63,944 bases of DNA, filler included, from Fonticula-like sp. SCN 57-25 (GCA_001724245.1; 3 parts of 3 records of this genome joined end to end with filler, not necessarily neighbours in it), one strand, 5' to 3'. Positions 32,615 through 48,025 are shown, numbered from the whole stretch's first letter. The notes: generated by a model not told the origin, from the letters alone. Translations and numbers: made by a program.

Positions 32615-35255
32615 ATGCTCGCGCTGCGCTTGCGCCGATCATGGGCGCGTCGGTTCCTGGCGTCCGCGCCGACCGCATCGTCGCGCCGCCGCGCGTCGGC
32701 TCCGGCGTCGTCCAGCATGACCGCTGCCGCGCCACCGAGCGGGGCGACTGACGAGCAAGTAGAGAAGCGTACGCCCTTGCTTTATATGTCCCGACGCGAT
32801 CTCACTGAACACCGCGTGCAGGCCTGACGCTCAACGTGCGGCAGCTCCGCTTTCTCGTCGGGCGCAGTACGCCTCGCTCACCTTTCCACGCAGCGCTGAC
32901 GATCTCTTTCTAGGCGGCATGAGCGTGAAGCGAGTAGAGATGGACACTGGTGCGTCCGTGTTCGTAGACTTTGCCAAGATGACGGCCAACATATCCGGCT
33001 CCCGCGCCGACGTGCTCAAGGCCACCGACATGGTGAACGCGCTCACCGTGCGCTTCCCGCTTGGCTTATATGCTTTCCTTATTGACGCGCTTGCTTCAGG
33101 CGGAGAAGGGAATGATGTTTGACGTGCCGGCGCATGTCACGCCCGCCGAGGTCGAAAAGGAGCTCATGACGAGCGGGCTATACAAGCGCGTCGCCATCCA
33201 GACGCGCACCTTTATCGAGCCGACCAACAACAACCGCACAGTACGCGCCCCCTTCCCTTTCGGCGCCGCCTCGTGTCCCCGTTGCTAATTGATTTGCGGC
33301 AGTTTGTCATTCACAGTCACACGTACCAAAACGTCTACGCGGCGTGGCGTGCAATGCTCCAAGCACTGAAAGTGACAAAAGTGCGTTTTTCACCCATTTT
33401 CCTCTTTTTCAGTTGCTGACGCTCGCTCAGCCGGACGGTGGCTCGACTGCGCTTTTATACGGCTCCCAGCTGTCGCCTCCCGCGGCCGTCTCTTTGCTCC
33501 CCTATGCCAACCCGCACATGCTGATGGGTGCCATGGCGATGGACCTCGGCAAGTTCCGTTTCTCCATCTTTCCCACTGCTCCGCCGCCTTCACCCGCATC
33601 TTCCGCGCCCGCCTCGAGCGACCCGCCGTCATCGGCGCCCGTCACGAGCGACCCCCCCTCGGCCGCAGAGCCTACATCGGTGGCGCCCGTTGGCAGCGGC
33701 TGGGCCACATGTCTTCACTCGTCGCTTCCCGACTGCGCCGCCGGCGACGTGACGACGACATCGGCTCTCTTTGAGCAGGTTGGCCGCGCGCTAGAGGACT
33801 GCGCGGCGTCTGCGTCGGCGGCGGACCGCGGGCTTTTGCTGCGCTTCACCACCGGCAAGGTGGCGCTGTGCACGCGCAGCAGGCGGCGCGTCACCGGCAA
33901 CGAGTTCCTTGTCGAGCAGTCACCGGCGCCCGTCGACCGCTTTGCGCGGTGGTTCAATCGGCAGGACGTGCGCGATACAGAGTTTGAGCCGCGCTTTTAC
34001 GGCACGTCGTGGCCGTCGCTCTCGACGCCGACGCACGCGCCGTCGCAGGTCGTCTTTACGCTCGAGCGGCGATATGAGGTCGTCAGTACGGCCGACGCGC
34101 AGACGATTTCGGAGCCGTGGACGATTCGCGCAGTGTTTAACCGCGCGTCGGACCTAAAGTCGCTCGTCGCGGACTTTAAGCAGCAGCACGTCGTCGATTT
34201 TGTCAGTGGAAGCAGGTGCGGGTCTTAGATTGGAGTGTGCTGTTTGGTGTATTTATGATGTGTTTTGGGTACTTTTTATGTTGTGTTTTTCTAAATTTTT
34301 TAATGCGACTTTTCGTGGCTATTTTTGTTGTGTATTTTATCCTCTTTCATGCATGTCTCTCCCTGTATTAGCTCTCCTCTAATGCTAATCTTTTGTCCTA
34401 CAGGGGCTGCGACGCGCGCTTTGAGCTGTGCAGCCAGGTCCCCCTCGACCTCGACTCCCCCCTCGCACTCGACCTTACCGAGTACCTCAAGCGCTACTAC
34501 GTGAGCGACGACCGCGCCAAGATGCGCCCCTTTGTCTTTGCCGGCGACGCCGGCCCCGCCGCCCCGCCCGGCGACTATGCCGTCAGCTCGTGCGAGATGC
34601 TCTGGATTCACCGCCACGACGCGCCCGACACGATCGCCCCGGGCGCCTCCCCTCTGCCCCTTAAGACGGTCGTCTCGCGGTCGATCGACCCCGCCACGGG
34701 CACCATCGGCCCGGTCACATGCTCATTGCGCGTACGCATAATTAGCTCAACTGCTTTTGCGGCCATACTGACACACTTATTATGTAGACACACGCACAGA
34801 CGCACGCACAGGCTGCCGCGACCGCCGGCGAAGCCTCCCGCGGCGTGCGCACCTTTTGGCGGCGGATGGCGGCGACGCTCGAGGAGCTCAACCGCGCACA
34901 GATGATTCGCGCGCCGCCGCAGCCGGCCGGCGACCTCGGGACGTCCGCGTCGCCCAATCTGCGCACAATTTATGCGCGGTACACGCCGCAGGTGCCGCCG
35001 AGGCCGTTCCTCGAGCGCGAGATGCAGGCCAAGGCCGGCAAGGCCGACGGGGCTGAAGGGACAAAGGACCATGTGGCTGACATTGCAAAGGATCTTCACG
35101 CGGCTGACATTGCACACAATGACCACGTGGATACAGTGGATGTGCCGAGCGAGTCGGATGAGGGTCTGCTCGACTTTATCCAGGGCGCGGCGTCGGCCAA
35201 GAAGGTCAACGACGCAGCGTTTGGGTATGCGGCGCGGCCAAAGTCGGACATATAA
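32615..35255 (+). CDS. Uncharacterised mitochondrially targeted protein with degenerate KH-like domain (multi-exon)
   Basis: Arg-rich presequence MLALRLRRSWARRF. GGMSVKRVEMDTGASVFVD..ISGS..V.KA.DMV is KH-like. Exons are linked by GTRCG..AG introns. Confidence 0.55.
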
Positions 35256-35597
35256 ACACATTTTTGGGTTGTACAGCGGTGGGATTGTGTACAAAAATAA
35301 ATGTACAGTAGATGCAATGGCTGATATCAATATTCTTTGGAATGGACACAGTGGCAGGATATGGTATGAAACGGACATCTATTTAAGCTATCTTCTGCTC
35401 GTATCCGTGAATATAAGAAAATCGGGAATGGAAAGCGACAAACCACGACAGGGCCTCCGCGCAAGGGGAAGAGCAACAAGCGTGGATTACAAGTGTCGCG
35501 CAAGACAAAAGATTAAAAGAGACAAAAAGAGACGGAAAGAGAGAAAAAACGCGTAGAGAATGGATGGGGTACATTATAAAAGACACCTTCCTGCTTC

Positions 35598-36788
35598 TCA
35601 GAGAACGAGAATGAGCGTCACGACGGTTGCCACGACGACAAGGATCGCGAGAATGATGCACATCTTGTTGCGGGCCTTCTTCTGATATGTGCTCGCCTGC
35701 GTGATCTCCTCCTTGGCGTCGTACGTGCGCACCTCGGTCTGCTCAATATTGTTGTAAATGGCATCTGGAACGATCGTCAGTGGCGCCACAAAGGCATGGT
35801 AAGTCTACGCACCGACCATCGAGCCCTGATCGTGGAGAAGGCGCGCAATATCGCGCTGAATCTCATTCACAGTTATGAGGTTCGACTCAATGTCCTTAAT
35901 TCCCTCCTCCGTCTCCTGGATGATGGCCTCGTTGTGCGCGAGCTCATTCTCGAGCGCAACCGTCTGCTGCCTGCTCGCGTCAATTCGCATTAGAAAAGGT
36001 AAAAATGACGGTAAATATGAGACGCACCGCTTCTGCTCGTCAACCAAAAAGCTGCGATTCTCGTCCTGCGACGCCTCCTCATACGGTCTAACGCGCCAAG
36101 TTAGACTCGCTTTATGCATGATTTAAGACGTACATCAAAAGATCCTGACGCTGGCTCTGCGCCTTCTTCGCCTGCGCAACAAACTCGCGCTCCTTGCTCG
36201 CCGAGAGCTTTTGGATATCGGCAAAGCGCTTGATGACGTCCTTAAAGTCGTTGGCGAGCTTGGTCTGCTGCATCTTGCGAGTGCGCTAACGGGCGGAAAT
36301 GCATTAGTACACGGCAATAGTAAAAAGGGACAAAAAGAGAAAAAAAAAAGGCGCACATTCTCAGACTGGCTTCCGCCGTCAATTGTCGACATCGACTTGA
36401 GGTCGACCTGCACGCGGCTAATGAGATCCTTGGTCGAGTGAGCAAGCCCATGCCTATCACGCTGAACGTCAGCATGCGGGGAGAAAATGAAAGAGAAGGA
36501 AAAAGAGCGTACATGCGCTCGCGCATCTCGGGCGTGTCCTTCTGCGTGCCATACAGCAACGTCATCTTTTGAAGAGTAGAGACGTTGGTGCTAATCTGCT
36601 GGATGCTCTGCGTCAACCGCTCGTTGAGGCTAATGTAGGCGCCATCACCATCGCGGCCTACGGAATGCGGTTAGGCGCCAAAACAAACAGGGAAAAAAGC
36701 AAAGCAAAAATAAATTAGCCGTACCACCAGGGTTAAAGTTCGACTGGTAGCCGTAGCCACCGCCCGACTCGAGATCACCAAACGACAT
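35598..36788 (-). CDS. Endosomal Qa-SNARE, syntaxin 7/12 (Pep12/Vam3-like), multi-exon
   Basis: MSFGDLESG start, Habc with GTQKDT..R, SNARE motif IQE.EEGIKDIE..VNEI.RDIA.L..QG and C-terminal TM after QKKARNK. Confidence 0.88.
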
Positions 36789-36965
36789 GTCGACGCAAGC
36801 GCGGCACAGTGATGAAAACAAGAATGATGGAAGCGAACCGTCCCGAGTCCGGGGTAGACTCGGGGGACCACGTGTAGCTTTTCATGATGCTGTCATCTTT
36901 CGTCAGGGCGAGAATGCAAAACGCAAAACACTTTGCACTTTGCACTCACCACGTCATTCGGCGCC

Positions 36966-38573
36966 ATGTCTGGGCTGTCGCTGGAGGACAGCATCGAGGG
37001 TCTCAAGGGCTTTGCGGATCTCTTGTCTAATGACGCCATAGAGCCGGCCGAGCGCGCGAACGTGTCCAAGGGCGCCGCCCGCGCCGCCAGTGTTCTCCGC
37101 GCCGCCGTGCAGGGCGCCCTCGCGGCCTTTGAGCCGGCGCGCATTCACGACCTTCGCGAGGCGGTGACGCTCGAGGCGCTCTTTGTCTGCCTAGGGGATC
37201 CCGCGTACATTGCCGGTCCCGAGGTCGCCGAGCTTATATTTGACTTTGCCAAGGCGGTGCCGCCGGCCAAGTTGCTGCAGGAGCCTTTTAGCACGTATCT
37301 GCTCAAGGGTCTTTCTGCTCAGTCCGAGCTGCCGCTTCGCCTTGTCCTGCGCGTCATGCGCCTTGCCGTCGGCGAAGAGTCGAACGTGACGCTGCTGCTG
37401 TCGAGCGGCGGCCGCACTGACCTCATTGTGCCCGTTGTGGGCGTGCTCGGCCTTCCGTCCGTGTCGCTCGCCGACGAGGCCGCTGACGCGATCAAGCGCA
37501 TGGCTGCCTTCCCCGCGAGCGCGCGCCTCTTTGAGGACCCGTTCCGGTCGGTGCTCCAGCGTGCAATGCGCAAGTCGGAGACGGTTCAGCACCGCATCCT
37601 CGAGCTGATGGCGGACCTCGCGCACCACCCGCACCTGACTGCCCTCGTGGCCCAGCAGTACCTCGTCTCGCGCAAGGACATTGAGCAGACGGACCCGCTC
37701 GCGCTCATGAGTGCCATCGTCATCGCGGGAATGTTTGCCCGCGGCTCGCTGTGGCCCGAGCTGTGCGCGCGCGGCGTCCCCGACGCCATCGCGGGCCACC
37801 TCGAGATCAGCGACATGAGCGACGCCGACATGATCGAGGTGCTCGTGGCGCAGCGCGCACTCCAGTTCTTTGCCGACCTCGAGACGGCGCGCCTCACGCA
37901 GTACGAGGGTGCCGACCGCGTGGCCGTCGCCGCCGCGGCGTACCTGCAGTCCGAGAACGGCGACCTCGTCGAGGCGGCCGTCGCGTTCGCGGGGCACGTT
38001 GGCGCCAAGCCCGCCGGCATCGTCTGGCTCAGCAACGCGGGGCTTCTTAACGGGCTCGCAGAGGTGGCCGGCTCGCCGCGGTGCAAGGGAGAGCTGCGGT
38101 CGCTCGTCTACTCGGCGCTGCACACCATTATTCTGGGCGCGTACGGCGCCGACAGTGGGTCGTCCGAGGCGGAGCGCATCGTGCGCGACCTCGTCGACGT
38201 CGTCGCAGCCGGCGGGGACGACAGGAGGCCGCTGTGCGCGCGACTCATCCAGGAGCGCGACGTCGAGGTGCGCGTGCCCGCGTACAGCGTCCTGCAGGCG
38301 CTCGCCGCGTTCACCTGGGGGCGCGTCATGATGATCAACACGGCCAATTTCTTTACGCATCTCTTTGATCGCGGGCGCGAGGCGACGCCGATTGGTCGGC
38401 AGGCGCAGTTTTCGGTCGTGCTCGCGCTCTTTGGCGGTGACTTTACGCGCAACGAGGAGATGCGCGCACTACCGGAAGAGCTGCGCGCCGCGGGGACGCG
38501 GTACGTGGGCGACGGGCCCAACTTTGTGCAGTCGGCTGGCGCGCAGCCCGTCGTCGGAGGCGCATTCTTGTAA
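36966..38573 (+). CDS. PSMD5: 26S proteasome assembly chaperone S5b (PSMD5/Hsm3-like), HEAT/ARM repeats
   Basis: Helical repeat protein. DPLALMSAI and C-terminal FFTHLFDR.RE....QF.VV..L...YV.DGPNFV match remembered PSMD5 motifs. Confidence 0.7.
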   Translation: MSGLSLEDSIEGLKGFADLLSNDAIEPAERANVSKGAARAASVLRAAVQGALAAFEPARIHDLREAVTLEALFVCLGDPAYIAGPEVAELIFDFAKAVPPAKLLQEPFSTYLLKGLSAQSELPLRLVLRVMRLAVGEESNVTLLLSSGGRTDLIVPVVGVLGLPSVSLADEAADAIKRMAAFPASARLFEDPFRSVLQRAMRKSETVQHRILELMADLAHHPHLTALVAQQYLVSRKDIEQTDPLALMSAIVIAGMFARGSLWPELCARGVPDAIAGHLEISDMSDADMIEVLVAQRALQFFADLETARLTQYEGADRVAVAAAAYLQSENGDLVEAAVAFAGHVGAKPAGIVWLSNAGLLNGLAEVAGSPRCKGELRSLVYSALHTIILGAYGADSGSSEAERIVRDLVDVVAAGGDDRRPLCARLIQERDVEVRVPAYSVLQALAAFTWGRVMMINTANFFTHLFDRGREATPIGRQAQFSVVLALFGGDFTRNEEMRALPEELRAAGTRYVGDGPNFVQSAGAQPVVGGAFL

Positions 38574-38703
38574 CATTAGCAAGCAGTATTATCAGTGCAG
38601 AATCCGTGTAATTCGCCCATATAAAATTGTATTATTTCACAAAAAACATACGAAACATGAGACCAGAATGTGATGACAATTGCAACAATATCGCTCGCCT
38701 ACA

Positions 38704-40182
38704 CTACTCGCTGTCCATCATCTCGTCGAGGTCGTTTGACGTCGTCTCGCGGCGAATGGACACCTCGTCGTTTGTGCGCGACTTTGACTCGTTGATTTCG
38801 CGCAGGATGTCTGGCGTGATGAGAGGGTGCGACTGCTTCTTGACGAGCTCGCGGAGCAGGTCCTTTTGCTCCTCGGTAATGTCCTCCTTGTAGCGCTGGA
38901 GGAAGGCGAGCAGCGCCTGGTGCCACAGGACGGGCAGCGAGCGGGTCTCGTACATGAACCGCGTAAAGTGGAGCACGAGCTCGTCGACGACGCGGAACGG
39001 AAGCGCGTACTTTTTGTCGATCAGGACGCGCATAAAGAGGCTATTAGCGCCCGAGTACTCCATCTGCGCGAGCTTGAGGAGCGCCGCGGCCGAGTGCAGC
39101 ACGGGGATACTGACCTTTGTGACGACGCTGCCGACCACAACGGCCTCGCGGAGCGTGCAGGTGCCCGACTCGCACAGCGGCAGCAGGATGCCCTTGAAAA
39201 AGGCCGCCGGCTTGTAGAGCGCCTTTTTCAACGACATGTAGATGTGAAAGTTGAGCTTTTTCCCGTTGCGGAACTCGTCACGGAGCCGTGGCAAGAGCAC
39301 CAGGCTATAAAACCGCTGGGCCATCTTGGCATTACAGTTGGACGCAAAGAGTCGAGTCGCCTGGTAGACGGCGTTTGGCGACCACTCGTCCGGCCGCGTA
39401 ATGTACAGAATCTCCTCCCAGTTGCTCAGCGACGGCACAATCTTGAACGCCTTCGGGACCTTGCCCGACTTGTACCGCGAAAGGATATTGCCGATCTCGG
39501 TGTACACGCGGATCACCTTGGGGTCCAGGTTGAGCATCTCGAGGCCGTCGGGGGTGGCGGCGGCGGCCTGGTCCATCTCCTCCTTGCGCTCGCGCATCTT
39601 GGCCATGATAATGTCACCGAGCGTCTCACGCGCGGCGGGCTCGCTGCGAGGCATGAACATCTCGAGCGCGCGCTGATCCTCCGCCGTCAGCGCCTGAAGC
39701 GCAGCAACCGAGCTGCCGCCAAGCGACGCATAGTTGCCGGCAATGATCTCCTCGTCGTCCTCATCATCCTCGTCGTCGCCGTTTCCGACGCCGCGGCGTC
39801 TGTACGCCGCCTCTTCGAGCTCAAGGTCAGAGTCGTCATCGGACGCATCACGGCGGCCGCGACCCGCGGCGCCCCACGCCTTCTGCGCGGGATCGGGGCG
39901 CTTGCTGAACTGGCGCTCGTGCTCGCGCTCCTCCTCGGCGAGGATCTCCTCCTGCTGAAGACGCGCCTGCTGCAGAATCTTGCGCGACGTGCGGTCATTA
40001 AGCACGGCGCTCGCCTGCTGACCAGACTCGACATCAGCCTGGCCACGCGCGCGCTCGCGGCGCTCGGCACCGCGGCCAGCCTGCTGATCACGCGCGGTCA
40101 CCATCCGGTCGCTCTGGATCTGCGCCTCAAGAGGGTCATGACGGCGCGTCTTGCCGCCGATAAGCGTGCGATCCTTGCCCAT
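38704..40182 (-). CDS. BYSL: Bystin / Enp1 (40S biogenesis factor)
   Basis: RHDPL, SRKILQQARLQQEE, YKSGKVPKAFK, KKALYKPAAFFKG, LPVLWHQ, QRYK. Confidence 0.96.
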   Translation of the reverse strand: MGKDRTLIGGKTRRHDPLEAQIQSDRMVTARDQQAGRGAERRERARGQADVESGQQASAVLNDRTSRKILQQARLQQEEILAEEEREHERQFSKRPDPAQKAWGAAGRGRRDASDDDSDLELEEAAYRRRGVGNGDDEDDEDDEEIIAGNYASLGGSSVAALQALTAEDQRALEMFMPRSEPAARETLGDIIMAKMRERKEEMDQAAAATPDGLEMLNLDPKVIRVYTEIGNILSRYKSGKVPKAFKIVPSLSNWEEILYITRPDEWSPNAVYQATRLFASNCNAKMAQRFYSLVLLPRLRDEFRNGKKLNFHIYMSLKKALYKPAAFFKGILLPLCESGTCTLREAVVVGSVVTKVSIPVLHSAAALLKLAQMEYSGANSLFMRVLIDKKYALPFRVVDELVLHFTRFMYETRSLPVLWHQALLAFLQRYKEDITEEQKDLLRELVKKQSHPLITPDILREINESKSRTNDEVSIRRETTSNDLDEMMDSE

Positions 40183-40359
40183 TCGCGCTGATGGAGACGT
40201 GCAAAAGGTCTCGATGCCTTCACTGCCACGAGGTGCAGCGCTCCAATCCAACTCAAATGGCCTCTGATTCCGGGGCAGACTTTACCCTGAACACAGGCGT
40301 GTCACAGCCCTGTCGGCAGTAGTTTGCATCACCTTGCTCGGTGAACCTGTCGGCCGACG

Positions 40360-43300
40360 ATGGGGATCCCCAAGTTTTTCCGATGGCTCAGGTACGTCAA
40401 GGCAGGCCTCTCGCGTGTCTGCGTGCTCACCGCGGTGCTTTTCATTCTGTCTTTTCCTTGCACTTTGCTTTGTACAGCGAGCGGTATCCGCTATGCAGCC
40501 AAGTCGTAGCGGAGAACAAAATCTGCGAGTTTGGTTCGTTTGTCGTTTTTCCTTAAGATGAACGTCATCGCTAATGCGCGCCGGTGTAGATAACCTTTAC
40601 CTTGATATGAACGGTATTATTCACAATTGCGCGCGTCCGGTGGACGACCGCGGGAATCCCATCCCGGGCAAGATTGAGGAGCACGACATTTTTATTGGCG
40701 TCATCACCTACGTCGATGCTCTTTTCAGCGTGATCCGCCCTCAAAAGTACTTTTTCCTTGCCGTGGACGGTGTCGCTCCGCGCGCCAAGATGAACCAGCA
40801 GCGCTCGCGCCGCTTCCGCTCTGCGCAGGAGGCCGCCGAGCGCACCCGCGAGGCCATCCGCAAGGGTGAGCTCGCCGAGGGCGAGTCCTTTTTCGACAGC
40901 AACGCCATCACGCCCGGCACCGACTTTATGTACCGCCTTTCAAAGTACCTGACGTACTTTATCGCGCGCAAGATCCGCGACGATCCCGCGTGGGGCAAGG
41001 TCCGCGTCGTTTTCTCTGGCCCGGAGGTCCCCGGCGAGGGCGAGCACAAGATCATGTCGTTTATCCGCCAGATGCGCACCGAGCCCGACTATGACCCGAA
41101 CACGCGCCACTGCCTTTACGGCCTTGACGCTGATCTAATTATGCTTGGCCTTGTCACGCACGAGCCGCACTTTGCGCTCCTGCGCGAGGAGGTTGTTTTT
41201 GGGAAGAAGAAGGGCGGCAATAGCGGCGGCGGCAACAAGGCGCAAAACTTTTTCCTGCTCCATATCTCGTTGCTGCGCGAGTACATTGCACTAGAGTTTG
41301 CAGCCATCAAGGACACATTGTCATTTGACTATGACATTGAGCGCATCATTGACGACTTTGTCGTGCTGTGCTTCTTTGTCGGCAACGACTTTTTGCCAAA
41401 TCTGCCGTCCATGTACATCCCGAACGGCTCGCTCGCCGTCATCTTTGCCGTGTACAAGCAAAAGCTGGGCGAGCTCGGCGGCTACCTGCACGAGAACGGC
41501 CACCTGAACGTCCCGCGCCTGCAGCGGTTCCTGTCAGAGCTCGCCGAGAACGAGCGCACGCTGTTTGACGCCGAGGGCGGCAACACGCGCGTGAGCCGCG
41601 GGAAAAAGCACGTCGGGCCAAAGGACCCCGTCGAGTCGGAGCAGGCGCGCCTGCAGAAGCAGACCGAGGGCCCGCGCTCCATCACGGCGGCGCAGCGCGT
41701 TATCTTTGAGCAGATCCGCGACTTTTTCGTCGAGTTTATCCGCGACGCGACGCCCGGGGAGGAGGACCTTGATAACCCGCCGTCGGTGAGCTTTCCGCCG
41801 TCGCTGTCGAGCAAGGACCGCCAGTTTGTGTCCAAGCTGGCGCAGCGCCTTGCGCTCGATTGGACCGTCAGCGGCACCGGCAAGGACCAGTACATTGTCG
41901 TGTACCCCGACTACGTTGAGAACCCGCACATGCTGATTGACGGGGCCGTGTTTGACGCTGTCCTGGCGCAGTACAACAATGCAAAGATCCGCAATGACGA
42001 GTACCAGGAGGTGGAGCAGGAGCACCGCGAGCTGTACGACGCGTCGTTTGCCATGTGGAAGGAGCAATTTTACCGCGAAAAGATGAAAATTACGCCCGAG
42101 ATGAAGGCCGAGCTCAATGCCATCTGCTGCGAGTACATCCGCGGCGTACAGTGGGTGCTCCTCTACTACTATGAGGGCGTCCCTTCGTGGTCGTGGTACT
42201 TTCCCTCGCACTACGCCCCGATGATGAGCGACGTTGTCGCCGCGACGGACGTGGACCTTGTGTTTGACAAGAACACGCCGCTCAAGCCGTTTGAGCAGCT
42301 CATGGGTGTGCTGCCGCCGCGCTCGCTCAAGCTGATCCCTCCGGTGTACCACGACCTCATGACGGACCCTGCTTCGCCGGTGATTGACTTTTACCCGCCC
42401 GACTTTGAGCACGACATGAACGGCAAGCAGAACGCGTGGGAGGCCGTCGTGCTGATTCCGTTCATTGACGAGAAGCGTCTGCTGTCGGCGATGGCGCCGC
42501 GCAACGGGCAGCTCAACAAGGTCCAGCGCGACCAGAACACGCTCGGCAACGACTGGGAGCTCTTCCACGACGCCGACTGCGACGCGACCATCCCGTCGCC
42601 CGACCCCGAGCTGTTCCCGCACCTGGCCAACAGCCACTGCGTCATGCGCCGCTTTGACCTGCCGGACGCCAACCCTTACCGCTTTGGCATCCTGCCCGGC
42701 GCGCGCCTCGGCGTCTTTTCGCTCCCCGGCTACCCGTCGCTGGCGACGCTCGAGTTTACGGCCGTGCTGCGCGTGCACGGCGTGCAGATGTTTGGCTCGG
42801 ACAGCAAGAACGAGAGCATGATTCTGATGATTGAGCCGCGCGAGGGCAACCTCGAGGACATTATCCGCAGCACGCTTGCCAAGAAGCGCTGCTACATCGG
42901 GTGGCCGTTCCTGGTTGAGGGCCTCGCCTCGCACGTCGAAAACAACCTATTCCGCTACACGCTCGAGACGGACGCGTCCGGCAAGGAGCGCCTCCACACC
43001 GAGCCGCTTTCGGACTATGAGCTCAACACGTGGGAGGACCGCTCGAGCCTTCTGGCGGCGAGCTACTCGAAGCGCGGTATCCTCGTGAGCGACATTGACT
43101 CTATCGTGTACATTCGGCCGTTCAAGGGCATGCGCCGGCTGCCCGACGGCTCGCTCGAGCCCGAGTACGCGTCGGCCGACACGCCGTGCATCCCCGTCGC
43201 GTCGTCGATGGTGGTCACGAGTGTGCGCGAGGAGGACCCGCGTTACATTGCGCGTGGCCCTCTGCCGACCAACATTGAGATGCCCGTCGGCAGCAGCGTT

Positions 43301-45682
43301 GTCTTTCTGACGCAGCAGACCAAGGTGTCGCACGGCCAGCCTTTTCCGTACGGCAGCCTCGGCGTCGTCCGCAGCCACGGCGCACCGATGACCGCCAACG
43401 TGCAGCCGCTGCAGCGCGCCCCGCGCCCGATGCTCCCCGTCGAGGTGTCCCAGCAGATCGACCACTCGACCCTAAAGTACATCCCCGGCCACGTCGTGGC
43501 GCGCACGCTCGGCATCCACCCGCTGCTGCTGGCGCGCATCACTGGTCGCCTGCAGGTGCAGACGGACGGCAACGCGGGCAGCACCATTGACATTGGTCTC
43601 CGTCTCAAGTTTGCAAAGGGGCAGATCAAGGTTGACGGCTACACGCGGTGCAACCCGGCCACGGGGCAGTGGGAGTACTCGGCGCTCGCGCTCGACCTCC
43701 TGCAGCAGTACCTCGCCGTCGTGCCCGGCTTCCTCGACGCGCTCCGCCGCTCGGACCCCAAGCAGGACATTTACTACGACACGGACCTCCTCGGTGGGCG
43801 CGCCCAGGCCGCCGCTCTCCGCGACTGGCTCAAGCAGAAGCTCGCCACGCTGCGCGCCGTCGACGTGAACCACGAGTCGTACTCGGACGAGCAGATGCGC
43901 CTCGTCGAAAAGGCCATTCCTTTGATGCGCGCCCAGGCGGACCCCAAGCAGCAGAACCTCGCTGACGGTGCGCTCGACGCAAAAATATGATTTGCTTGAT
44001 GCTGACGCGTGTTTATTTCTCAATTGCCCACAGTGACGATGCCCGGATTTGCTCTGCTTGTGTCTAGCCAGTCGCAGTTCCGCCTCGTTCAGCAGCACTT
44101 CCGCCTCGGCCACCGCTGCGTTGTCGTTGGCGCCGTTAGCGGCGTCACCTTTGGCGCTTCCGGGACGGTCGTGAGCACTGGCGGCGACAAGGTCGGCGTC
44201 ATGCTCGACGAGCCAGTTCTTGGCGCGACCAACGCCGGCGGTGCGCTCAGCGCTGCGCGGCTCATCACGGCGCCTCCGCACGCGCTCCTCAACCTCACCG
44301 ACAGGCAGCCGCCGCCCGACACGCCCATCGAGTCGCGCCCGCGCGCGTCGGTAACCGCGACAAAGACCAAGGCGCCCAAGCTCGCAAAGGCGACCGCCGC
44401 CGGCGCGGGCGTCGGGGCGAGCGCTGCGTCAAAGAGCCAGCAGGAGATGCGTGTGCTGCTCGGCGGCAGCGTCAACGCCGTCATGCCGGGCGTCTCTTTC
44501 GCCACGGTCGCCGCTCCGCCCGCGGCCGCGCTCCCAATCCCGACCTTTGCAAAGAAGCCGACGGCCGCGCCCGCGCCCGCGCCGGTGAAGCAGGACGAGC
44601 CGAGCGAGGTGCCGTTCGTGCCTGTCGTGCCGCTGAACACGACCACGTTCCCGACGCCGTCGCCCGCCGCCAAGGCCAAGCAGCCGGCCAAGCCGCAGCA
44701 GCCCGCGTCGCCGGCGTCGCCCAAGATGGTTCTCATGTCAAAGTCAAAGGCCCCCGTCACATTAAAGACGGACAAGGTCGAGGCAAAGCCGGCCGAGGTG
44801 AAGGCTGACAAGTCGGCGGTCAAGGAAAAGACTGCAGTCAAGGAAAAGACGGCCGAAAAGGCCGCTGAAAAGACGGCCGAGAAGCCTGAAAAGAAGGTCG
44901 AAAAGGAGGAGAAGAAGGTTGAAAAGGAGGAAAAGAAGGTTGAAACGCCGGTCAAGACGGCCGAAAAGGCCCCTTTGTCGCATGCGCCCGCCTCTGTCCC
45001 CGCTGCCGCCGCGGATTCCCCTGCTGCCGCTGCGCCTGCCGCCGCTTCGCCGTCGCACACCTCTTCGACGCCGAGCGGCAGCCTCGCTTCGCTCCTTGCC
45101 AAGGCCGCCGCCGCCTCCGCCGCTGCCCCTGCTGCCCCCGCGCCGTACCCCTTCGCGCCGTACCAGCAGCCCATGATGATGCACGCCCCCCTGCACCACC
45201 AGCTCGGTGCCGCCCCGCCGGCCTTCCTCCCCGGCGCGCTGTCGCACATGCCCGTGCCGACCGGCGCCTTCCCGCCCGTTCCGCCGGTCCAGTCGCTGCC
45301 CACCGCGCCGCCGGCCGCCGCTGCGCCCGCCCCCGCCGACCCCGCTGGCGACCTTGTCTCGCAGCTTGCCGACCTTGAGATGGCGCTCGGCGGCAAGAAG
45401 GGCCCGCGCGCATCGAGCAATCTTGCCGCGCACTTTGGCACGCCGCAGCAGAGCCTTGGCGCGCTTCCGACGCCGCAGCCGCTGATGCCGCAGCACCCGC
45501 CGCCGACCGCGCAGCAGATGATGTTCCCCCCGTACGGCGGCATGATGGCGCCGCCGGCCAATGGGATGCACTTTATGCCGCACATGGGGCACCCGCAGAT
45601 GATGCCCGATATGGCGCAGCAGCAGCAGCACTTCACAGGCATGCTCATGCCGCACACGCACGTCCTGTCGCAGCAGCCGCCT

Positions 45683-45715
<33 letters not shown>

Positions 45716-45736
45716 CAGCAGCAGACCCCTCAGTAA
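40360..45736 (+). CDS. XRN1: 5'-3' exoribonuclease XRN1, 4 exons
   Basis: MGIPKFFRWLSERYP, DNLYLDMNGIIH, DGVAPRAKMNQQR, PGEGEHK, YGLDADL, GNDFLP, XRN1-type C-terminal domains and P/Q-rich tail. Confidence 0.96.
45671..45724 (+). repeat. CAG microsatellite encoding polyQ at the XRN1 C-terminus
   Basis: Interrupted run of cag codons. Confidence 0.9.
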
Positions 45737-45891
45737 GCGTGTATCTTTTTTTCTTATTTTTATAATGTGTACACACTTGTTTTGTATCGAACAAACATGC
45801 ACAATAAACGAATTCCAGCGAAATTTCGACCCAACGACCCATTGTTTAATCATACTCTATTGTACACGATATCAAATATGCTGTTTACGTT

Positions 45892-47807
<1,916 letters not shown>

Positions 47808-48025
47808 CGCTGGGCCACGTGGATAAGCGAGGGAAATGGTCGGTTTCGGTCGGTTTGGATCAATGCAAAAATGATGAAAAAAAGGAAAAGGGTCAAAAAA
47901 CGCAGCCAGAAATGCAGGCAAAAAAGCTGCATGTACCATTCCGCATATATACTGCTCATAATCTGACTATATTACTCATAATGTACAATGCAATACCCAA
48001 AAATACAAATAAATACACCTCTTCA

